DNA of 64,000 bases from a virus (lineage: Duplodnaviria; Caudoviricetes), in the IMG/VR virus record IMGVR_UViG_3300037851_000542, positions 128,001 to 192,000 of that record. One strand, 5' to 3'. Position numbers and translations under genes: made by a program. Shown here one piece after another: positions 50,109 through 59,494 of this stretch (the first letter of the stretch is position 1; each line of letters begins with the position of its first letter). The notes beneath the pieces are model-generated. The model was not told the origin of the DNA. It made no database searches and saw nothing but the letters and a program-made list of their open reading frames with translations.

Positions 50109-50358
50109 TCCTTTTATCCTTATATTGTATTTTAATTATATCCTCAGAGTAACTGGGGCTATAATCAACTATATAATTTTCCTCTATATCCTTTATGAGT
50201 CTTCTGGACATATCGCTAGTAATAGATAAAATCTGTTTTCTAAACAATTGCCATTTCTCATCAGAAACTACTAGTTCGGATGTATTTAATAGTTCCTTTT
50301 GAAGTCTCTTTACTTGATACTCCAAAGATTTTTGCAGTTTTTCTTTTCCTTTTTCCAT
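50080..50358 (-). CDS. Hypothetical protein
   Basis: 92 aa, helical. Confidence 0.7.
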   Translation of the reverse strand: MEKGKEKLQKSLEYQVKRLQKELLNTSELVVSDEKWQLFRKQILSITSDMSRRLIKDIEENYIVDYSPSYSEDIIKIQYKDKRNGDYRNEHD

Positions 50359-50372
50359 GAGCCCCGATTTTA

Positions 50373-50403
50373 AAATTACAGGGACTTGCGGTCCCTGTAA
50401 TTT
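50373..50403 (-). terminator. Rho-independent terminator after the tail tube gene
   Basis: AAATTACAGGGAC-loop-GTCCCTGTAATTT perfect 13-bp inverted repeat. Confidence 0.85.
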
Positions 50404-50455
50404 AGTAGTTTAACTCATTTGTTAAGTAAAAACAAGTGCTTATTTGCCCAAGTTA

Positions 50456-52759
50456 TTACTCTCCTTGTGATTCAATTACCTTAGTTACGTATTCTATTCC
50501 AACTCTGCCTCGTATTGCTGTAAGCTGGTTAGTTCCTCTAAATGCAAAAGTTTGAGTTGCATTAGATCCTAGTGCCAAACTATAAGCTTCATCAGTAATA
50601 CGTAAGTTCTGAGCAATTATTGTTTTTAATGGGTACTCTGTCAAGCTACCGTCAGTACTGGTGTATTGACCTTTAATACCATCATTAAAGAACTCATCTC
50701 CAAACATATCAGGTGCGTTGACTTTTCTATCCAAGCCGTTACCACCAGCTTCTGTATCGTTTTGTTGATATACCATTATAACTACCGCAAGGTTATCTTT
50801 AGCAAACAAATCAGTAATATTGATGTCTGTTAAAGTGCCCTCTTCAAACTTACTCGATTTACCTGCAAATACTGCATAGTTCTTTAAATCACTGGCAGTA
50901 GTGTCAATTGACACTGTAAACTGAATAGGCAATGTTAATGTTCTTGTATAAGGGTTTAAGTGTCCTAGCTCCTTTAAAGCTTCTCTTGTAAGGTTAGCTG
51001 TAAAAGTAACATTTTGTAACCTGAGTGCCAGCTCATAGTCTCCAACAATAAACTCAGAAGTAGTAGTAGGCTCTACACTTACTTCTACTAATGAGGCGTT
51101 CGTAGGTGCTCCACTTAAAGTAGGAACCAATAGAGAGTTATTTAAAGTATTAACTCCTGTTATAGTTACAGTCTGTGAGGTAGGATTTAGTACTGTCACT
51201 GAAGATCCCACATAGTCAGATGTAACACTACACAAGCTGTCAACAAATACAGTTGTAGTTGTAGAAGACTGAGTAGATGACTCGTTTAATCTTAACGTAG
51301 ACCAGCTGGCTCCCCCTAGGGTAATAGTACCGTTATTAAAGTTTCCTGATATAGAATTAGATGCAGATACAATCTCTCTAGCAGGTCCTCCTGCTCCTGG
51401 TCCACTAGTTACTCTGAAGCCCAATCCTACAAACCTTGTTAGGTCAACTGACGATGCTATTGTGTTACTAAATGTTATAGAGTTTGCTCCAATCGTAGCT
51501 CCGGTTAGAGCACCGTTCAAAACTAGCTCTGGATCTACAAGATAAGCTTCAACCTGACCTTGCCTTACTGCGCCTACATCCTCAACATCTCTAGTTGGTA
51601 CTGGTGAGAAGTATTTACCTACAACGACTGTAGCGTCTGCTCCGGCAGGTCTGTCAACTGGAGCTTCCTCACCAAAGGCATTACCAGCGTACACAACAAA
51701 TACCCTGTCACCTGACAAATAGTTAGATCTTCCGGCAGGAAGAGCTGCTGCTAGTGTGGATGCCAATCCGTTAGAAAAATAACTTAATCTATTAGTAGCA
51801 GGATTATAAATAAAGTACTCTAATGCATTTGAAGGTATACAGTCGGCTGAGTCAAAAATTGGTACAAACTTTGACTCACCTACAGTTAATCCACCACCTC
51901 TAGCGAATGCCATTAGAATTGAAGGTCTTCCTACTTCGTTGGTTTTTAAAAACCCAAGATTTCCTTTTTCTAAAGTAGCTACTGTACTGATAACAGGTAA
52001 TGCCAATTGCAGGTAAGTTTTAGCAGCAAAAGTTGACGCTGATATCTCTAAAGAACCTGTTCCAACGTGCCATTCTTCCCAAGTTACAAATCTTGCTTCA
52101 TTTAATAGCCAAACTTTTTGTTCCGTCTCTCCTGCATAGTTTTCTGTAGAAATACCTTCTGATTGATAATTTAACTCTACTGAGTTAATGAAAACGTCTG
52201 AGAGATATTTTGTTGCTTCAATATCTTCGTTAGCAGTACCCAATGAACATTCTGCTTGCACTGGTGAGTAAATATCTACTCCCTTAGAAAGACCACATTC
52301 TCTACCAAAGTCAATTAGTTGCACTCCGTGATAATATTTTAGAGCAGAACCGCCAATAGAATCCTTGATCACTATATTAGCTATACCTGTACCAGAGGCA
52401 GCAGGCAATCCTGAAAATGCTGCAGCATCCAAATCCCCTAGGCTGACGTTAATGCTACCGCTTACTAAGCCATCAAAAGTAGTACCGTCAGATTGTCTAA
52501 TATTATGATTTAAATTTGTTAGTGGAACTTTGGCTAACGTGGCCATAGTGTAAATAGAGCCATAATCGTTACCGTCTAAAGTAACTGCAACTTCTGGGCT
52601 GTCGTCTACAACGTCCGTCAACTCCAACTGTCCAAGCTCAAAAACGTCTTCAGTATTAAATGTAGTACTTGAGCCGAAAGTTTGCACTCTATATAAAACT
52701 TGCCCCTCGGCAAATACCGATTGAGAAGCATAAATAATCCTATTTCTTTTATTTACCAT
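50456..52759 (-). CDS. Major tail tube protein with two tube-domain copies and inserted beta modules
   Basis: RVQTFGSSTTFNTEDVFELGQ and RLQNVTFTANLTREALKELGH; strong SD (AAGGAG); own promoter motif and terminator. Confidence 0.72.
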   Translation of the reverse strand: MVNKRNRIIYASQSVFAEGQVLYRVQTFGSSTTFNTEDVFELGQLELTDVVDDSPEVAVTLDGNDYGSIYTMATLAKVPLTNLNHNIRQSDGTTFDGLVSGSINVSLGDLDAAAFSGLPAASGTGIANIVIKDSIGGSALKYYHGVQLIDFGRECGLSKGVDIYSPVQAECSLGTANEDIEATKYLSDVFINSVELNYQSEGISTENYAGETEQKVWLLNEARFVTWEEWHVGTGSLEISASTFAAKTYLQLALPVISTVATLEKGNLGFLKTNEVGRPSILMAFARGGGLTVGESKFVPIFDSADCIPSNALEYFIYNPATNRLSYFSNGLASTLAAALPAGRSNYLSGDRVFVVYAGNAFGEEAPVDRPAGADATVVVGKYFSPVPTRDVEDVGAVRQGQVEAYLVDPELVLNGALTGATIGANSITFSNTIASSVDLTRFVGLGFRVTSGPGAGGPAREIVSASNSISGNFNNGTITLGGASWSTLRLNESSTQSSTTTTVFVDSLCSVTSDYVGSSVTVLNPTSQTVTITGVNTLNNSLLVPTLSGAPTNASLVEVSVEPTTTSEFIVGDYELALRLQNVTFTANLTREALKELGHLNPYTRTLTLPIQFTVSIDTTASDLKNYAVFAGKSSKFEEGTLTDINITDLFAKDNLAVVIMVYQQNDTEAGGNGLDRKVNAPDMFGDEFFNDGIKGQYTSTDGSLTEYPLKTIIAQNLRITDEAYSLALGSNATQTFAFRGTNQLTAIRGRVGIEYVTKVIESQGE

Positions 52760-52827
52760 ATAAATATTACTCCTTGCAAGGGCAATTAAGATTCATTATT
52801 CAAAAAATAATGTTATTACCGAATCTA

Positions 52828-52834
52828 TAGTATA
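52828..52834 (-). promoter_or_regulatory. TATACTA putative late promoter of the tail tube gene
   Basis: Exact motif 69 nt upstream of 52759. Confidence 0.6.
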
Positions 52835-52878
52835 AAAAATTGTAAATATATTTTTAGACTCATTAAGAATTTAAATGT

Positions 52879-53916
52879 TTAAATTGGATATATAATGGAA
52901 TCAAATCCTCCGACAGGAGGCTCCATATTGGTAAAACTACCAACTAGTTTAGGATCCCTATCAGAAAAAGTGCAAGTAGAAAAAGCTAGTGTACCTCTGT
53001 GCCTATGTAAGTCAGAACCCTTAGTCCTTGGATCATAGAATGATAGTTTCTTTAAGTCTTGTATATGTATTGTGTTACCATTTCCTGGATTTAAAGTTAA
53101 ATAAGTCTCATAATCAATTCCATTGCTACTTACAGTTTTAATAAAATCTTCATTTATTACGCCCCAATTTTTTAGCGGCATACCTGTTCTATTAAAATCA
53201 ATTACAGGTATTCTTTTATTATATAAATATTCTTGTAATTTGCTGGTAATCTCCATTAACTCTAGGTTATTGTTAGCATAAATATCTATTATAAAACTTC
53301 TCATATACTTAATTCCGGGACCAATTTGTAAAGCGTTTAAACTGCTTTCCATAGGAATTAATGCTACTATAGGCAACTCTGGGGGTTCCTCATTATTTGG
53401 GTACCCATCAATAAGGGATACCATATGAAACCTGTAATCTATTTTAGTTGGAACTAAACTTAATGCTCCATTTGGGGTTGTGGCTGACGGCCACTTAATT
53501 CTAGCGTTTTTATAATCAATTCTATAATAGTCCCTAGGTAAAGGTGCGTTAGTCTGATCTCTTACTATAATTAAATTAGATTCTCGGACTGAAGGTATAG
53601 ATAAAGTACTTCCTTTAAAAGGGGTAGTATTTAATGGTACGTATTGATTAGAGGTGCTGCTATAAATACTGCAAGAATTAGAACTATTAAGTTCAAAACT
53701 AAGAAGCCCTCTACCGTCTGTATTGACCAAGCCTGCGAAAGCAGAGTCTGGGTCTATAATAAAATAGTCGTTACGCTGCTGTCCGTTTATATCTGTTTTA
53801 GTATCATAAATTAAAGGAGATCCAGTTACTTCTTGTGAGAACTCATTAGCAAGCGGAACCTCTTTTAAGTAGGTAAATAACGATAAGTATTCTAAACTTT
53901 CTCTTCCTAGTGCCAT
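52879..53916 (-). CDS. Putative tail terminator/completion protein
   Basis: ELPIVAL...ALQIG...RSFIIDIYANN pattern; immediately upstream of the tube gene. Confidence 0.6.
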   Translation of the reverse strand: MALGRESLEYLSLFTYLKEVPLANEFSQEVTGSPLIYDTKTDINGQQRNDYFIIDPDSAFAGLVNTDGRGLLSFELNSSNSCSIYSSTSNQYVPLNTTPFKGSTLSIPSVRESNLIIVRDQTNAPLPRDYYRIDYKNARIKWPSATTPNGALSLVPTKIDYRFHMVSLIDGYPNNEEPPELPIVALIPMESSLNALQIGPGIKYMRSFIIDIYANNNLELMEITSKLQEYLYNKRIPVIDFNRTGMPLKNWGVINEDFIKTVSSNGIDYETYLTLNPGNGNTIHIQDLKKLSFYDPRTKGSDLHRHRGTLAFSTCTFSDRDPKLVGSFTNMEPPVGGFDSIIYPI

Positions 53917-54267
53917 CTATAGTAGTGGAAGTAATGCTAATACGACTAAGAGTACATTAGCACCTGCTGAATAATTTAATAAAGTTTTAGTGTCTTCATA
54001 TTTCTTTTTATAGACAATTAATTCTTGATTAGCTCTTATAAGGTCATTTGTTATTTTTATAATTCTTTTGTCCCTTATTTCTATTTCAGACTCAAGCTCT
54101 TTTATTAAAACTGTACAACGGGTTAATGATTGAATATCACTCTCAGAAGCCTGCAATAGGGCTAATATGCTGGAAGATTGCTTACTATTAAAACAGATAT
54201 CTTCGGCTCTGGCACTAGAGGTTAATATACATAATACTATTAAAAAAGTTTTAATTTTAAACATCAT
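53917..54267 (-). CDS. Secreted coiled-coil protein with C-terminal hydrophobic anchor, o-spanin-like candidate
   Basis: Signal peptide ending ARA-ED, coiled coil, C-terminal NVLLVVLALLPLL. Confidence 0.4.
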   Translation of the reverse strand: MMFKIKTFLIVLCILTSSARAEDICFNSKQSSSILALLQASESDIQSLTRCTVLIKELESEIEIRDKRIIKITNDLIRANQELIVYKKKYEDTKTLLNYSAGANVLLVVLALLPLL

Positions 54268-54281
54268 ATATTTATAAGTTC

Positions 54282-54719
54282 TTAACTTGTAGCTTTTACC
54301 TTACTTCTTAAATCTTGTAATCTTTTTAATAAATATAGTATTTTATTGCGCTTTTCGGTTATTGTAAGCTTATCGGCATCTTTTAGATCTTCTTGAAACT
54401 GTCTGCTAGTGTCCTGCAGTTCCTTTTCAAATATTCTTATTGACTCTTTTAGGGCTTTGGTAGTTTCTAGTAATTTAAGATTTTCCTGTATTAATATACC
54501 GTTTTTTTCTTGAAGATACTTATTTTCAAGATAATAATAGGAGCTTATAGAAATAGACAGTAAGACTAAAAGTGTAATAACTACCTTATTTTTGTAGAGG
54601 AATTTAAATAATTCTACTAGTGTCGTACTGTTAACTATACTCACAGAGGGGACAATGACATCTGGTTCTTTTTTTAAAGAGTCTATTTTTACTTTTTTCT
54701 TTTGAACCATAACAATCAA
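54282..54719 (-). CDS. Single-TM coiled-coil protein, i-spanin (Rz-like) candidate
   Basis: Basic N-terminus, TM VVITLLVLLSISISSYYYL, long coiled coil. Confidence 0.45.
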   Translation of the reverse strand: MIVMVQKKKVKIDSLKKEPDVIVPSVSIVNSTTLVELFKFLYKNKVVITLLVLLSISISSYYYLENKYLQEKNGILIQENLKLLETTKALKESIRIFEKELQDTSRQFQEDLKDADKLTITEKRNKILYLLKRLQDLRSKVKATS

Positions 54720-55144
54720 TCTTTATTCTGACCAAAGTTTTTGGGTAGAAACTTTTTTAACTCCTCTATTGAACTGTCACTTGTTTTAGCTTGCTTCAAT
54801 AATTCTTTATTTTCAGAACTATTGGTAAAATATTGCACCCCATTTAAAGCTATAATGCTGGTCAAAATAGCAGTAACTGACAGTCCAATGTGACTAACTG
54901 CGTCATCAAATAATACTTTCTGAGCATTTGTAATTATAGAGGTAGCTCCTTCTTTAGTAATAATACCTTTTAATAAAAGCACGCTAGCTGAATCAATTGT
55001 TAAGCTGTATAGATACATTAAAGATACCCATAGCCCTATAATTAAAAACACTACTGTAAAGAATGCTATAAATTTAAATGACAATAACATAGAGGTTATT
55101 TGAGACCACCAGCCTGACCAGTTAATAAAACTAAAGAAACTCAT
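54716..55144 (-). CDS. Two-TM membrane protein, holin candidate
   Basis: Two hydrophobic segments and a charged C-terminus; overlaps the next gene by 4 nt. Confidence 0.45.
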   Translation of the reverse strand: MSFFSFINWSGWWSQITSMLLSFKFIAFFTVVFLIIGLWVSLMYLYSLTIDSASVLLLKGIITKEGATSIITNAQKVLFDDAVSHIGLSVTAILTSIIALNGVQYFTNSSENKELLKQAKTSDSSIEELKKFLPKNFGQNKD

Positions 55145-55145
55145 T

Positions 55146-56084
55146 TTATGAAAGCGTCCTTAGCTGTTCTTCAAATATCTTAGCTCTGTCGTGATCTCTG
55201 TTATTTTGAGCAAGTACTTTTGCATTCTGCAAGATTCCCTTTTCTTTTATACTCTTTACAAGCTCTGCTAGTTCTTCTAAATCTGATGTCCTAATAAGAA
55301 CATCAAGTGTAACTTTCTTTGTAAAGTCGATAGGTGAGTAAGTCCTCTGAGCCTTTGCCTTTGCAGTGTCTTCGGACGCTACTTCTGTAGCAGCTAGTTC
55401 TACTGAAATATTAGGTTCAGACTGTTCTACAATAATTGAACTAACAGACTCTACTTTTTCATCATTAATCAATGGATTAAAAACATTGGCAGTATTATAT
55501 TGAGAGTAGACCTCTTCTTGTTTTGAAGTAGACTCTAGTGTTATAACTTTTTTTGATCCTTGTGTTGGATTAAATGCTCTAGATTCTGTAGTATATTTAT
55601 TAGTAGCTACTTCAGCAGTTTTAGCTATATCATCTCCTGACATAGTATTACTATTAGGTGTAGAATCTTTAATTTTCTCTGCGACTGTTTTGCTGCCGGT
55701 TAAAGATTTTTTATCTGACTTCGCAATAGATTCCGAATTTGATTTAACTAATTTAACCTGTCTAGTTAAATCTTCTAGTGCGGACTCAGCAGAAGCAGAT
55801 GTTTTAATAGAAGACTCTATTACTTCTATAGCACCTGTAGAATGGTTATTAATTTGGGAAACTTCAAATAATCTAGAGAAGTTATCTATTTTGTGAGATA
55901 GTAGCCAATTAACAAAGTTTTGGTCAGGGGCTAAAGGATTTGTACCTAAAGTTGAGCTAGCAGAATACTCAGACTTAAAAAGTTCAAAAAAATATTTTGT
56001 ATTTTTTGATGAGCCTGTGATCCACTCTGTTTTAAAAATATATGCTGGTCTATTGCCAATATATGTAACTTTTATCTCTGTCAT
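55146..56084 (-). CDS. Hypothetical protein with low-complexity Ser/Thr/Glu/Lys middle
   Basis: 312-aa ORF. Confidence 0.7.
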   Translation of the reverse strand: MTEIKVTYIGNRPAYIFKTEWITGSSKNTKYFFELFKSEYSASSTLGTNPLAPDQNFVNWLLSHKIDNFSRLFEVSQINNHSTGAIEVIESSIKTSASAESALEDLTRQVKLVKSNSESIAKSDKKSLTGSKTVAEKIKDSTPNSNTMSGDDIAKTAEVATNKYTTESRAFNPTQGSKKVITLESTSKQEEVYSQYNTANVFNPLINDEKVESVSSIIVEQSEPNISVELAATEVASEDTAKAKAQRTYSPIDFTKKVTLDVLIRTSDLEELAELVKSIKEKGILQNAKVLAQNNRDHDRAKIFEEQLRTLS

Positions 56085-56428
56085 GCTTGGTACCTTACGT
56101 CTTTTACAGTATTAAAATGTCTATCGGAAAACCCGTGCAGATAATTACTAACCCTTTGCACTAATATACAAACTATGAAATAGTTTATAAAAAAATTGAC
56201 ATAGCCATTAGCTACTAGTTCTAAATTTAATGAAACATTAAATAAAGCATTTAATGCAAAAGCTGTCCAGAATGAGCAACAATAAGGACAGGATATAATT
56301 GTACCTAATATCATTAGTACTGAGTATCTATGGTTAATTAAATTTAATCTCAAGCCTTCAAATAAAAAAGACTTTGAAATTAATTCAACTAACGCTTCAT
56401 TTAAAATAATCATTATTAATATTAACAT
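56081..56428 (-). CDS. DUF1360-like membrane protein
   Basis: Three hydrophobic segments and IISCPYCCSFW motif. Confidence 0.7.
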   Translation of the reverse strand: MLILIMIILNEALVELISKSFLFEGLRLNLINHRYSVLMILGTIISCPYCCSFWTAFALNALFNVSLNLELVANGYVNFFINYFIVCILVQRVSNYLHGFSDRHFNTVKDVRYQA

Positions 56429-56464
56429 ACTTAAATACTATCACAAAACAGATTAGTAAGCAAA

Positions 56465-57244
56465 CTATTTCTTTTTTGTAAGTGTTGCCAAAAATAGCTT
56501 TTCGGCTTCCTTTAGGGCTAAATTAGCTATGTAATCTGCGGGTACACTTTCTGCTGCGTTTACAAGTTCAAAACCTAAGGGCTCTTTTAAATAAGATTGA
56601 GGATGTATATAATCATTTATATTTAACCCTAGCCCTGACAACTTCTCTGATAATCCTTTTTCCCTTTTAGGTGTTAAAATGTGTAAAACTCCTGTACCAA
56701 ATCTACCTAAGTTACCTTTACTATTATAATCTAGCGCATCCATCAGTTCAAGGTTCATCCAAAGCAGCTTATCACCGGACTTGTGATCCATTCCATCTAT
56801 AAAATAGGTAGCCCATTGTACTGGTCTATTACCATATTTATCTCCTCTGCTAGTTTTGCCAGTAAAGTCGTCACTTAATAGTAATAGGTGCATTTTATAA
56901 GGACCTTTCTTTCCTCTATACTTGTTTGCAGACTCTATAATGTTCTTTGCTACCTCGTCGGCAATACTTGCCCGATGAAAATCAAATCCTGTGCGATCTG
57001 TACTTTGAACTGCCGGAGCAGGATCAAAATATTTACTTTGCCATTCGATAAATACTTTAATTATAGCATTTGTATATAAGGATAACACTGCAGGACTACT
57101 CATTACATTAGGTAAAGCCTCACCATAGAATATATTAGAAAGTAGTTTTATTTTTTCTTGCTGTATTTCTTCTAATTTATCTTGTATTCTTTTATTAGCT
57201 TTATTTACAGACTCTTGTGTATACTTTTTTCTATTTTTTACCAC
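56465..57244 (-). CDS. Putative neck/head-tail joining protein
   Basis: Third gene of the neck block; context only. Confidence 0.45.
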   Translation of the reverse strand: MVKNRKKYTQESVNKANKRIQDKLEEIQQEKIKLLSNIFYGEALPNVMSSPAVLSLYTNAIIKVFIEWQSKYFDPAPAVQSTDRTGFDFHRASIADEVAKNIIESANKYRGKKGPYKMHLLLLSDDFTGKTSRGDKYGNRPVQWATYFIDGMDHKSGDKLLWMNLELMDALDYNSKGNLGRFGTGVLHILTPKREKGLSEKLSGLGLNINDYIHPQSYLKEPLGFELVNAAESVPADYIANLALKEAEKLFLATLTKKK

Positions 57245-57960
57245 GGTCCCTCGTCGCTAGGTATTATAGGCGGATTTATAGGTGTAGATATCTGAGACTG
57301 ATCTGAACTTCTCTCGTTAGGGGCTGTATTAATACGAGGGTCATCATTATATTTGGTTGTAGCGCTAGCTTTAACATCTTTTGCAATTAAGTATGCCTCT
57401 ACGAGATGATCTGCTCCTAGACCTTTAGGACGAGGTGCTATATGAAGTAAGCAATCAATTCCGTCTACAATTATACTTTTAGCGTCTCTAATTATGGGAT
57501 AATTACATTGAAAAGTTTTTATCCTGCATATTGGATCTCCTTCTCTACCTGCAGACGTCTCCTCAATTTTTTCTTTTGGGTTCCAAGTAACTAAGGCTTT
57601 TATGCAAATAGTATTAGGCGCTGTTAAATTTCCAGATCCAAAACATACTGGACAAATGCTTGTTTTTAATATTTTAGGATTCAAATCGCTAGGGTTATAT
57701 TGAACTCCAGAAACTGACAATATATTAAAAGGTTTAGGGTAAATTGTTCTTTGCTGGGGTGTGCCTGGAAATACGTTTAAAGGGCGCACAAAAGTCACAT
57801 CGTAAATATTACCAGAAACCTCCCTTACACTATCGTGTATACAATTAGGACAGTCTGTTATATAAGGATCTAAAACAATAGTGATATTTCTACCCATATC
57901 TTTTAGGTAACTGTCTATACCAGATTTAAATTCTTTTTTTAAAGATTTTGGTATTCTCAT
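57238..57960 (-). CDS. Putative head-closure/stopper protein with Zn finger
   Basis: CPNC...CPVCFGSG and a C-terminal beta barrel (AKSIIVDG...LVEAYL). Confidence 0.55.
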   Translation of the reverse strand: MRIPKSLKKEFKSGIDSYLKDMGRNITIVLDPYITDCPNCIHDSVREVSGNIYDVTFVRPLNVFPGTPQQRTIYPKPFNILSVSGVQYNPSDLNPKILKTSICPVCFGSGNLTAPNTICIKALVTWNPKEKIEETSAGREGDPICRIKTFQCNYPIIRDAKSIIVDGIDCLLHIAPRPKGLGADHLVEAYLIAKDVKASATTKYNDDPRINTAPNERSSDQSQISTPINPPIIPSDEGPW

Positions 57961-58608
57961 TTACTCTATTTTAAAGACAGGTAGACTTAACATACTACAC
58001 CTAGTTTTGGCTTCAAGTGCTGCCTTTAAAGATTTTCCAATACTATCTAACAGCTTAGCCAGTGCATCTGGTCTTCTACTTGCATCAAATCTACTATCAG
58101 AGTCCTCTAAATTAACAGCACTTTTTACGTACTCAGACATATCTTTAGTTAGTAAAGCATATGCCGTAGACAGTACTAATAAATCTGGTCCTAATTGTTC
58201 ATCGCTTAAATTGCACTGCGCCGTTAAATAGATCTTTGCGCTAGTATCATAGGTATTTAAAATATCTAAATCTGAGTTCCTGTAATGATTATAAATAACT
58301 ACTAAATGACTGTCATTAAATAAAACACCCGAAGTATTCGTAAATCTTATATATTTATCTCCAAGTACTTGTGCCCCGTAAGTACCACTAGTTGAAGTAT
58401 ACTCCACTCCATCTACATATATATTTATGGGATAACCTTTAGGTTCGTCTAATTCGTAAATGGTTCCATTGGCACTTACCCTAGAGCACCCACCAGCAGT
58501 AATAACATCATCAATAAAGACTTCTTCAGTATCTCCTATTAACTGTCTAATTTGAAATATAATTATTTCTTCTTCTGGAGAAAAAGATCCTTGAACTGGG
58601 TATATCAT
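57961..58608 (-). CDS. Putative head-tail adaptor protein
   Basis: IRQLIGDT...SDLDILNT...SRFDAS pattern of gp15/gp6-like adaptors. Confidence 0.6.
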   Translation of the reverse strand: MIYPVQGSFSPEEEIIIFQIRQLIGDTEEVFIDDVITAGGCSRVSANGTIYELDEPKGYPINIYVDGVEYTSTSGTYGAQVLGDKYIRFTNTSGVLFNDSHLVVIYNHYRNSDLDILNTYDTSAKIYLTAQCNLSDEQLGPDLLVLSTAYALLTKDMSEYVKSAVNLEDSDSRFDASRRPDALAKLLDSIGKSLKAALEAKTRCSMLSLPVFKIE

Positions 58609-58640
58609 TTATTAGCCTACCTTTATTTATACAAATAAGA

Positions 58641-58647
58641 TAGTATA
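58641..58647 (-). promoter_or_regulatory. TATACTA putative late promoter
   Basis: Exact motif 33 nt upstream of 58608. Confidence 0.55.
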
Positions 58648-58652
58648 ATTAA

Positions 58653-59219
58653 CTATACATTAAAACGAGAGAATGATGCCCTTCTCCAACCATCTTGGAG
58701 TTTAATATATACGTGATTATCGTCAAATCTTAACTGACCTAGTTGCCCCACTGAATCTAATGTACCACTTGGAGGTACTAAACCACCGGATGGTATTACT
58801 AGCGAACCGCTTATTGTCAGTTTGTTTGTTACATATATGTCATTTGAGTCATTTTGTAAAACAGAGGATGCTACCCAGTTGGTACCATCATAACGCATAG
58901 TATCGTGCAAATTTCCGGTAGGCAAAGTACCTGAAAATGTTCCGGAAATTGTATTATTTCCAATTGGGAATAAAAAAGGAGTACCACTTGTAGTGGATCT
59001 TGTTATGTATAAAGTATTGTCGTCCTCATTAAAGGCTAGTACACCTTCCGGAGCTTCGGCTAGTAAATTTGGAAGAGTTCCAGATGTTAAAACAGGAACA
59101 TATCCTACTCTTCTACGACCTTGCCTACCTGTCTCTGCATAAGCATATCCAAGCCTGTCCGACCGTCTTAAGTCTGTATCTCTTTCTACTTTACCTTTTT
59201 CTTGTTTATTAGTACTCAC
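58653..59219 (-). CDS. Short fibre-like protein (possible head fibre), GTG start
   Basis: MRYDGTNWV and C-terminal GQLRFDDNHVYIK...WRR cap shared with 34830..36293; 7 SG. Confidence 0.55.
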   Translation of the reverse strand: MSTNKQEKGKVERDTDLRRSDRLGYAYAETGRQGRRRVGYVPVLTSGTLPNLLAEAPEGVLAFNEDDNTLYITRSTTSGTPFLFPIGNNTISGTFSGTLPTGNLHDTMRYDGTNWVASSVLQNDSNDIYVTNKLTISGSLVIPSGGLVPPSGTLDSVGQLGQLRFDDNHVYIKLQDGWRRASFSRFNV

Positions 59220-59286
59220 TTATGACAGACCTTATGATAAAAAAAGAAATATACTACAAAATAATATACCTATCCAATAGTAATAT

Positions 59287-59293
59287 TAGTATA
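59287..59293 (-). promoter_or_regulatory. TATACTA putative late promoter
   Basis: Exact motif 68 nt upstream of 59219. Confidence 0.5.
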
Positions 59294-59431
59294 CGATCTT
59301 AAAATTACAAAAGCAAGAGTTAGATATTAATTACTAACCTAGAAGGGTACCTTACTCTACATATATGGAAAATTATATGCACCTAGTCTAGTGATTTTAA
59401 TAAGTTTATAAAATCGCTAGGTGTATAGAAC

Positions 59432-59470
59432 AAATAAAAAAGGTGACCAGTAGCCACCTTTTTTATTTTT
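59432..59470 (-). terminator. Rho-independent terminator after the major capsid gene
   Basis: Minus strand GGTGGC-TACTG-GTCACC followed by TTTTTTATTT; T-tracts on both sides. Confidence 0.88.
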
Positions 59471-59494
59471 TTTAATTACATTACTAGGTTACTA

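Noticed and set aside
59220-59494. tRNA or structured ncRNA gene in intergenic gaps
   Set aside because: No T-loop (GTTCRA) or cloverleaf was seen in this or any other gap; only hairpins and terminators.
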